Source of the DNA: a virus
Reading direction: 5' to 3' (one strand)
DNA length: 64,000 nt
IMG/VR virus record: IMGVR_UViG_3300042197_002243
Shown here: positions 18,993-29,500 of the stretch, in pieces
How the letters are laid out: each line of letters opens with the position of its first letter
How positions within the stretch are numbered: position 1 is the stretch's first letter
Made by a program: the position numbers and the translations under genes
The notes under the pieces: model-generated
Databases searched by the model: none
The model's input: the letters and a program-made list of their open reading frames with translations, nothing else
What the model was told of the DNA's origin: nothing

Positions 18993-20546
18993 TTAGAATT
19001 GCAAAATTACCTTGATATCTTCTTTTTGACTAGACGATCTAGTAACGGAAGGTCTATTATCTACATGAATAACATTTCCAGAATACTTTTGAACTTCTGG
19101 ATTGGACACACCATTAATAAAGTTCTGCCCAAAATAATATGTTCTACTATTTATTGAGGTAGATATGCCGTTGTAATTTGAATCAATTGATAAACTTACG
19201 CTTCCACCTTGAATTATAGTTGTACCTCCAACACCAGGAGAAGATGTAAACCTATTCATATTAAATCCATAAATTGGTGCAGTATTTTTTGTGCCATCAC
19301 TATTAAATCCGACAAGAGTTCTATCTTGCCAATATTTTAAAACTCCAGTATTTTGATCATAGGAAACAACTCTACCAACAGCTGTAGATGCCACTCCTAC
19401 AGTTTGTGTCACTAAAGAGTCTGCAGTAAATGTTGCAGAACTATATCCAGTACCAACGAGTTTTAAAGCATAAACAGCACTTGCCTTATCTTCAGTAAGA
19501 ATAGAACTTGAATTGAAGATTAAAGGATTCTCAATTACACCAACTCTAGAAATTTGATTACCGGTGATGAAATCTGGATTTTGTGCATCATTTTCAATTC
19601 TTGCATAAAGTACAACTTTATTGGCACCAAGTTCTCTATAGATATCTGCACCATGACCACCTTTTGGTGGGATAATGACATCAAAAACTGGACTCGTAGT
19701 TCCTGTTGGAACATTTCCAGAAACCAAATCCACAGTTCCAGAAGTGTATCCAGAACCACCATTAGAAATAGTGATTGATTCTACCTTTGAATTATTATTA
19801 ATAATGATAGTTGCTTCAGCTCCAATACCATCACCTTTAATAGGAACTCTAGTGTAAGTTGTGTTTGCTGTCCCAATACCAACTCCACGATTGGTTATTG
19901 TGACGATTTTTATTTGGCCACTAGTTGCAGCATTATTTCTCACTGCAGAATTTGTGTCACTAGTTTCCCAATCTTTTGGTACGGGGATAAAATTTGAAGT
20001 TTCAAATTTAATAATATCACTAGGAGCAATTGTATACAAATATTTCCAAACATAACCGTCACCACTAGTTCCAGCAGATCTTGGTTCTAAATCGGTAAAT
20101 GTTGGTTCATCCAGAGAAGGTCTTCCTTCTGGGTTTTCTGGATTTGTTCCATTTTGTAAACAAATATAAACGCGGTAATCTGAATTTACCACATAATAAT
20201 TTGCTGCATATAAACTAGTTGCTCCAGAAGGTTTAGATGTATTAGTTCTACTTATATCATGCCTATACATGTCATAAGTAGTTCCAGAAGTCCAGGTTAT
20301 TTTTCTAATTACTTGCTTAATATTTTCCGTAGATATTTTTTTAAGTGCGATTGCAGTATCCCAATATGAATTTTCTTCATTAAAATTATCCTTAGGTGCT
20401 GGAGGATTTGTATCCCAAGTTAAACTATATTCCGTAGCATTTGGAAGTCCAACAAAAACATAATATGAGTTATCCGAAGAACTTGCGACAGAAACAAAAT
20501 TCTTAGCACTCAATATTCTAAATTGATCTGTTATAATAGCAGCCAT
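18993..20546 (-). CDS. g8: Baseplate wedge protein (gp8-like)
   Basis: AAIITDQFRI...W.SGTTYDMY...YRVYICL.N...DGYVWKYLY...QKEDIKVILQF. Confidence 0.93.
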   Translation of the reverse strand: MAAIITDQFRILSAKNFVSVASSSDNSYYVFVGLPNATEYSLTWDTNPPAPKDNFNEENSYWDTAIALKKISTENIKQVIRKITWTSGTTYDMYRHDISRTNTSKPSGATSLYAANYYVVNSDYRVYICLQNGTNPENPEGRPSLDEPTFTDLEPRSAGTSGDGYVWKYLYTIAPSDIIKFETSNFIPVPKDWETSDTNSAVRNNAATSGQIKIVTITNRGVGIGTANTTYTRVPIKGDGIGAEATIIINNNSKVESITISNGGSGYTSGTVDLVSGNVPTGTTSPVFDVIIPPKGGHGADIYRELGANKVVLYARIENDAQNPDFITGNQISRVGVIENPLIFNSSSILTEDKASAVYALKLVGTGYSSATFTADSLVTQTVGVASTAVGRVVSYDQNTGVLKYWQDRTLVGFNSDGTKNTAPIYGFNMNRFTSSPGVGGTTIIQGGSVSLSIDSNYNGISTSINSRTYYFGQNFINGVSNPEVQKYSGNVIHVDNRPSVTRSSSQKEDIKVILQF

Positions 20547-20562
20547 TTTGCAGTTTTTTATG

Positions 20563-20569
20563 TATTTAT
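20563..20569 (-). promoter_or_regulatory. Late promoter ATAAATA upstream of g8
   Basis: Plus-strand tatttat. Confidence 0.55.
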
Positions 20570-23500
20570 GTAGTATAATCTCGGTATTTTAATGGCAAGA
20601 GTCTTTGGACTATTGGTGAACTTGAAACACCCGCAAGACCATTTTTATAGTTTGTAAATGATTTTAGAGAAGTCCTATTTAATGTGGAAAGTCTTCCCCA
20701 AGTATATTCCCCATAGAAAGAACTAAATCCAAGACCGGTAAGACCATTATACGAAGTAAGACTTACTGTTACCTGAGCAACATAAGTCAATCCAATTCCA
20801 GGAACTGCAGTTTGTCCAATTGAAACTGCAACTGCCTTATAGATGTTATCCAAACATGTTGTTCCAATTCCAACAGTATCATCATTCTCATCTTTTGCAG
20901 TAACGCCACTGCCAACATTCGAATTTTTAACAACAAAATAATATCCAGTTTGTATGCCACTGATTCCAGTTGTTGCAATACCTACAGTATTAATGGTCAA
21001 GTCTCTTAAATAAGAGTTTTGTGGAATAAAGAAATCAAATACCAATCCAGTAGTTGCTACTGATACTGATGTTGTTTTGATACCAGTGATAATTCCAAAA
21101 TCTCCTTCAAAAGTTACATTGGACATCTCTTCTTTTGTAACTTTGGGGGACTGAATTAAAACAAGTGGTGGATTTGTTGAAGTATATCCATAACCAATTG
21201 CAGAAACTCCGATTGAAGTTACAACTCCGTTTGTTATGGTTGCGGATCCAGAAGCCCTATATGTTGATCCAAGTCCGACTGGATTTGAAACAATCACATC
21301 TGGTGCTGAAGTATAACCATAACCACCATCACTAATTACAAACGAAGTGATTGTACCAGCAGAAGAAACAACAGCAGTTGCAGCTGCACCAGCGACAGCA
21401 TCTTGAGATGTAATAATAATTTTCTTGTAATTTATATTTCCGATCGTATTTTCTTTTTGAGCATCAAAGAAAGTCTTTGCACTTTCGACAAATACGACCG
21501 AAGATGTTATACCCAGACTATTGATTATATTTGTAGTTGGTTGAACAAAAGGTTCATAAAGAACTCTAGTTTTTCCAACTTCTAATCCATCAATTATTCT
21601 ATCCTCAGTTTGATAACAAAGTGTGACTGGTCTAGTATATGTTTCTCCAAAGGTCAAACCTGGATTAAAATATGTATTTGTAAATACATAATCACTTGCT
21701 GGAATGTCCGTGACAAGTCTTTCATCTTGTGTCAAGAAAATGGAATCATCTATAAGTTGTAAATTATCACCAACTTCAATTGGTTCCAAAACATCAACCA
21801 ATACTACATCAACATTACCATTTCCTCTATAGAATAGAATCTTTGAAGTATCTCCAGACTTTGGTGGTTCTGGGAATGTAATCAAATTACCTCCACGGAA
21901 AATATATCCCGCACCAGGAACCTGTAAAATATCATTAATAAAGACTAGTAACGTAGCTTGAATATCAATATTTGATCCTGGTTTAGTTCTGATGGAAGTG
22001 AGAACATCATTTATTTTGATTGGGAAAGTTTTTCTTTCTCCATCAAATAAAGAGTCGAAAGAATCAAGAACTTGAAGATCTCCAAGTGACCAACCAGCAA
22101 ATGAATCTGTATGAGTTCTATCAACGCCGATTTGGAATTCTTTATAAGTTAAACCTGTGTTGGTTGGGATTCCAACCGTACCACCAATCGCAACAGTAAG
22201 AATTTCTCCCTGACCATATCCATAACCAGTATTTCTTATTTCAAAATTAATTACACTAGAACCTTGCCCAACAACAATATCAATTTCAGCACCACTTCCA
22301 ATACCAGATATCGAAGATGAGCTATAAATCAGTGGTACATTGCTATACGATAGTGGAGAATCAAAGAAAACGACTGGAGGATTTGATGAAGTATATCCAG
22401 TTCCTGGATTTGTAATCGCAACACTTACAAGATTTCCATTTTGAACTGTTGCAGTTCCAATAAATTCAATATTTGGAGTTCTCGTGCTTGATGTACCAAC
22501 ACCAACTCTAACAGTTTGTAATCCCGAACGATAACCAGAACCACTATTTCCAATACTAATTGATTGGATTGTTCCTGCAATCGAAACTACTGCCGTTCCT
22601 CCAGCTGAAACCAATGGTTGGAATCCAAATCCACCAGTTGATCCTACAGAAACGAGAATGCCCTTTCTTGGCAATCCCGATGCATTAATATCATATGACT
22701 GTGAAGCATTTCCCACAAATGAAATAGTTGTAATTCCAGATGATTCAGATAGAGAATAATTTCCGGGTATGTTGATAGGAAGTGTATTTCTAGATGGTTG
22801 TTGGAAAATTTGATTAATTAATATGATTGCATTGCTTGTACTTATTCCGGTAATATTTGATCCACCAGACTTCAAAATAAAACTCGTGTTTACTCCAGTG
22901 AAAGATCCTGAGATGTCATCAAATATCTTATTGTAAAAATATGCATCAGTGGAGGAATTTACATCTCCAGATTTTAGAAATACTCTACCATTAAATGTCG
23001 ATCCAGTTATTAATCCAACATAGTCTTGCTCATCCGGTCTAGTAGATGGATTTGTAAATGGAATTTGTCCCCATGGAGAATTGGCAAAGTAAATTGTATT
23101 AGCATCAATATTGTAATTTCCAGACAATTTGGTAACTAAAGTACCTACTTGGTGAGTAGCAATTCCAGTTCCAAGCCATCCTCGTTGAACAATTGCAACA
23201 TTTGTTGCACCATATCCAAGAGTATCAAGTCTCATTATTTCATTGTCAATTTTTATTAAATCACCACTAAAAATTGATGTAATTCCAGACAAAGTAACAA
23301 TATTTGTTATTGCTTCTACATAGGTGCCAACTGTTGTTGTAACTGAAGTTCCTACAATTGGAGATTGTACTACATTATCAATTGTAATTAATGCTCTCGA
23401 ATTTTGATTCGATCCTTTAACAATATGAGAAGTACCAATACCAACACTTGTTATATCTAAGAATTTGGGTGGATTTGATAAGGCATCTGCTGCTGAACCA

Positions 23501-26500
23501 GCAAATTTTAGATATAAGTTATCTGTTTTGTATGCATATAAGGTTCTTGGGAGTTTGTCAGTTAAACCAATACCAGTAATAGTCGTTGTAGCAATTCCTA
23601 TAGCATTGAAACTACTTGTATCTGAACCAGAATATTCATAGTAAATTTTTTCTCCAGTAACAAAAAAGTGTTCCGGAATTTGCAACCGATCATTAGTAAG
23701 ATCAACAATATCTGTCGAAGATCCTTCAAAATATCTTTCAAAAATTGGTCTTTGATTGTGTGTTAATCCAAAATTCTTCTTCGAAGAAATTTCAGTTCCT
23801 TCATAAGAACCATGGCCACTATTTACAGATGCATTATTCAATGATATTTGTCTGGGGGCATTATGGCTATGAGTGGAAGTTAGTGCTTGTTGAAATACTC
23901 TAACTTGTACTGTTATATTTGGTTCTGGTGTGAACTGTAATGCAGTATCGTCACCAATTTTTGTAACGGTAAAATCTCCGATAGATCCATCAGTATGAAC
24001 ATATCCAAATTCTGATACATATGCATTTGATTGATTTTTCAATACAACCAGTTCTGATATCTGATGCTGCATATCTGTTAAGTTTTCAACCACTGCAACA
24101 TAATATGCTGCATCAAAATCATATGGGAATTTAGTAACTGTAACTGCTGTAGGAGAACCAGATGCTGCAATGCTTGTATATCCAGACCCCACAAAACTAT
24201 CAAACATACTAGATGTTCCAACACCAACGGCCGTTGAATTTGCAATCGAAACTCTAACAGAATTTACAAAATGATTTGTTGAAAGTCCTGCATATGGAAT
24301 AAGATCAATATTTAATTGTGATCCAGATAGATATGCATTAAAAGTTCCTATTCCCGGAGTTCCAAATGATGAAAAACTGCCATTGTTCATCTGCCCATAA
24401 TCCATGTACGATACATCAATATCATTATGGACTACACTAAGTTCATCAACTTCATAATACGAACCATCTTCTGCACCAATTACAATATAAATCTTCGATG
24501 CGCGATATGTTGATGCAATACCAACAACAGTAGTTGCGGTTGATGTTCCTGTAATAAGAGTTTTGGTTGATGAAGCAATACTTACAATATTTCCAAGACT
24601 TTGTTCACCAACAGAAGTTGTAAGATCGCTTACAGCAAGATCTGAGAATGAGATGTTGTAATTATTTTCTTCGTAATAATTTGGATAGAATTCTAAAACA
24701 CCCTCAGATCCAAAAATACTAAAATCAAATGCTCCAAGATCATTGTCATTGTAAATTTTTCCATATTGATTTAAGTATCCATAATTATTATCGTGTAATA
24801 GAGAAACCAAAAGAATTTGATTTTGATCAGCATAAGCCAAATCATTGACAAAAGTTACATATTTCTTATATCTTGCATTTGTTAATGTAAAGACATCAAT
24901 ATTTGAATATTTTGTTGATCTTGGATTACTATTGAATTCTGGTGAAAGGTCATCAATCATTAAAACTCTGTTACCAACAGATTCCAAATAATCTTGGAGA
25001 ATTGTAGAATCAAAAACTATTTGATTTGAAGCATAATTTTGTCCAAGGACAATGTTATTTTCTCTGGCAAGATCAAAGTCAGATTTGCAATGTAAATTGA
25101 GAGATGAGTCCAATTCGACAACAACGTTTGATTCACTTTCAAGAGTTGACCCTATACCTACACCATCTGGTAAAGATTTTACTTGAAGATCTGCAAATTT
25201 TTTAAATCCAACTGGATGATTTAATTCGTCAACACTACTATCCCAAGTTTCAAGTGGAATATTGGTTTTAACAGAATATGAAAAATATTGATAATAGTCA
25301 TTGTCATGAATTTTTTGAAGATCATTATTTAAAAATCCAGTTTCTTTCTGCCAACCTTTTTTCACAACTGAAGATGAATTGACATCATAAATGGAATTAA
25401 AGTTGAGTACTCTTACAATTTCAGCTTGAGTTTTGGAAGATTCTCCTACAACAATTTCGCCAGAATTAAAATCTATGTTTGAAGAAACTTTTAATAATGA
25501 GTTTTTGTTATTCCATCTTATAACATCCCCAGATGATGATTGTGAATTTATAATCTCACCTTCTAAGAAATCATTTGTTTTAAATTCTGGAGTAAAGATT
25601 GGGAGATCTTTCTCTGGTATTATTCTACCAGCAGAGTTAATTGGATCATAATTTCCTGGTATTTCTCCATTATCCAATAGTTCAGAAATATTATATGAAA
25701 CCGTTCCGCCTATTCCACCGATATTTGGATCCAAATTCACAATAGTGAAGAATTGATATCCATAATTTTCAGAGTTATAACCTTTCGCAGTCGATCCAAT
25801 ACCAACGCTAATATTTTCAATTAAAATTCTATCTCCAATTGCAAATGGATAAGCCTCGGGATCACTAAAACTAGAACCTAAAGTAACAACAACATCTTTA
25901 GATGCTGGTATATATCTTATGGTACTAATACCAACTCCATTTGTATTATTGACTGGACGGATAACAGATGTTTCTCTATCAAGATTGTAAACATTACTTA
26001 AAATAGTTACATTTTTATCATTAAGATTATATTTAAGATTTGCTTGAGAATTTACTTTTCCTGTTAATTGATCGACTACAATTAAATCTGGAGCTACATT
26101 ATAATTTCTTCCTACGGATGCGATCCCAATAGATTTGAATGAATACAAATCTTTTACCTGTAAAATTTGTGGAAGATTTGCAGTTGGTCTCAAACTTAAA
26201 TCTGATGGATAATCAAATCCAATATCTTGTATTTCAACTTTATTAATTGATCCAATACTGGTTCCATAAGAAACTAAAATTGCTCCAGTTCCAATACCAC
26301 TACTTACATAGGAAATTTTGGGTAAAGTTCTGTATGATAATCCTTTAGAAATTAAATCAATTCCAACAATTGATCCATAAACTTGGGTGGAATCTGTATT
26401 ATAATTTAATTCTCCATCATTTTGAGTATAAAGAACATTTTCTGGATAATCAACAATAGAATATGTAAATTGAGTTCCACCTGCAGAAATTACTTCATAA

Positions 26501-29500
26501 TTACCCGAATACAGACTGGTGATAACCCCAGATAAAACTGAAATATTTACATAATTTCCTGGTTGTAAATTATGTGTGGATGCAGTAGATACAGTTACTC
26601 GATTTAATGTTGTTGTACCATCTAAAGTATTTTCATAGTTTGTTGTCAAACTGTGTGTATTTCCTAGACCAATATTTGTAAAGTAAACTAAAGATGCTGT
26701 GGTAGCAATTCCAACAAAAGATCCTGTTGTTCCCAATCCAACTTTAACTGTAGAGATGCCAAGTAAATTATCACCAAGACGTGCGGCATAAAGAATGCTA
26801 TCATTTGCAAGTTGCCAACTATTTGTTCCATCTGTGGAAATGGAAATCGCGTTTCCGCCATTTGCATTATAAACTAATTGAGTACCGGTTTCAATTTCAT
26901 GTTTTGGTAACCATAATGATTGTGTGGGTATTGTAATTTGAGTCAGTCCTGCTCCTGGATTTGTAAACGATAAAGTATATCCAATTCCAGGGCCAGCGGT
27001 GGTTCCTAAACCAACCGATTCTTTGGGATCAAAATAAATTTGCTTATCTAACCTCAAACTATACGTCGAAGTTGAAATGCCAAAAGGTAATATAAACTTT
27101 CTTGGTTTTTCTGTAATTGCAATTCCAGCAGAAATTGTAGTTATTCCTTGAGTCTCATTATAACTACGTCTTACTCTAATTCTAGATGAAAGTGTATCTA
27201 CATTTAAAACTTTTATCTGCTCATCAAGAACCTGATATACATCATTTTCTTTAATTGTAACCAAATTACCCGATACATTAAAGTAAGTTACCAGTCCGGT
27301 ATATCCAGTTGATCCAATTCCCGTAGTTACTAAAAGTTCATTTGCAATCGTTGTAATCTTGCCACTCGTATTAATTCCAGAAGCTATGAATGAAATGGTT
27401 TCACGATTTAGGTAATTGTGTGGATTTGGAGAGTATCCAATAAAGTTTTTGGCATCCGCAATTGGTATCATTTGAACATTACTTAGTGTGGAAGTTGCTA
27501 TTCCAACACTTGTTACTTGTTTTCCACCTACAATAGAGACCTTTGCAGAAATTCCAAAACCACCCGTAGTTTCATTATCAAATATAATTTTATCGCCTAC
27601 TTGATAATTGGTTCCACCTGTAGTAATTCCAATAGAATCAATTCCTGCTTTTGTAGTCCCTTTAATCAGAGACAATTGCTTTTTAATTTTGTTTGAATCT
27701 AAAACATAATCATAATAACTTCTAGATTTTGTAAAATGGTATGGGCGAGTATTTCTGCTCCAATTGGTGTTGTTAATATCAATTTCATCTTGGTTAGAAC
27801 TCGCAAGATAGTTAAATTCTATTGGATTTGATTTATAAGTATTTCCTATCACGTATGGGAATACTGGTCTTCTAAATGAACGGAATATTCCAGTAGAATC
27901 ATTTACTGAATTTATAGTGCAAAAATATGCATAAGTTCCATCAGGATACTCTGGGGTTGGACCAAATTTTCCATTACATGCATCCAAGTCGCCCGTGTTT
28001 GTAAACTCATAATCTTCGACAAAAAATCCTAAGGGATATCTTAAAATGTTGGGTCTTACAGAACTAGAAACTTGAGTATATCCTGAGACCATTCTTTTTG
28101 TTGATCCGTTTGAATCAAATCCATATGGACCATATATTGGATTACCATCATAAGCCCAACCAATAATTGGAGAGTGTGATGATGAATCAATTTCAGATCC
28201 TCCAGATGTTCTTAAATCTGGAACATAAATTGGAGTTTCATCAACTAACTCTTTTGCTAATGTCGAAGATCTTAATCCTCTAGAAGCATATGCGTGACCA
28301 TATTGCAATCCATAATTTTCATTTTTGGATTTTAATAAAATGCCATCATCATTATTGATCTGATTGAAATATAATAATCTTTCTACTTCATTTATTCTCC
28401 AAGATTTTATTTGTGCTTCGAATTGAGCACCCGATCCAGCCGCAATTACATCAATATTTGTTCCTTCAGAATACCCAGATCCTTCAAAAATTACCTTTAC
28501 ATCTATTAATTGTCCGTTTTCTACAACTGGTGTTAATACAGCACCAGATCCTGTTAAAGTATTGATGACTAGATTTGGTGGGCAATTATAATCATTTCCC
28601 GGTTTTGTAACAAAAACTTGTTTAATTTTACCGCCAGAAATTACGGGTATTACTTCTGCTCCAGATCCACTGTTTAGAGAAAATATTGGTTGTCTGCTAT
28701 AATTTACTATCTCTTCACTTCCATACTGAACTCCAGAAGAAGTAAGAGAAACTGAAGTAATACTTCCTCTAAAAATTGGATTTAGAATAGCGTCAAAACT
28801 TTGACCCGATAAAGTTGATATGCCAATCCGACTTCTAATTGTAAGTTGAATTGTAGATGCACTACTTACATAACCACTACCACCATCAATGACTGAAATT
28901 GATCCAATTTTTTTCTTTTTGGCAGTTGAAGATAATTTGTGATTTCCACTTCCAAATGATGTCAAATCTACAGTGTTGATTCCCACTGCAGAATCTGTAA
29001 ATGTTTTATGGAGTTTGACTGTAAAACCATCTTGAACGGAAACATAATATTTTGCACCCGTTGTAAGACCACCAACATTTGTCCCACCTTGAGTATCATA
29101 AATTACTTCTTCAGAGTCTCTAAACTTATGATAGGATGAAAATCCAATCGTATTATTGGTTGTATTGACCTGCAATGCCCCTGCAGAAGAGTTGAAGGGT
29201 GATGAGTGGTCGAACTCGATTAAATTGGGTTTTACTAAAGCTCCAGATCCTCCGCCACCAGTAATCGTAATAATAGGATCTTCGAGATAATCAAACCCAG
29301 GATCGATAATGTCTACACGAACCAATGATCCTGTTACTGTGCAGATGCCAGTAGCACCAAATCCAATTGCATCGGAAATATGAAGGGATGGTGGATTTAT
29401 AACATCATAGTCACTTCCAAATGCAGTTGGAACTACTTGTTGTAATGGACCGTAAAAAATAATATCCGAGGTTTTATAATTGATTAGTTCAACACCATTG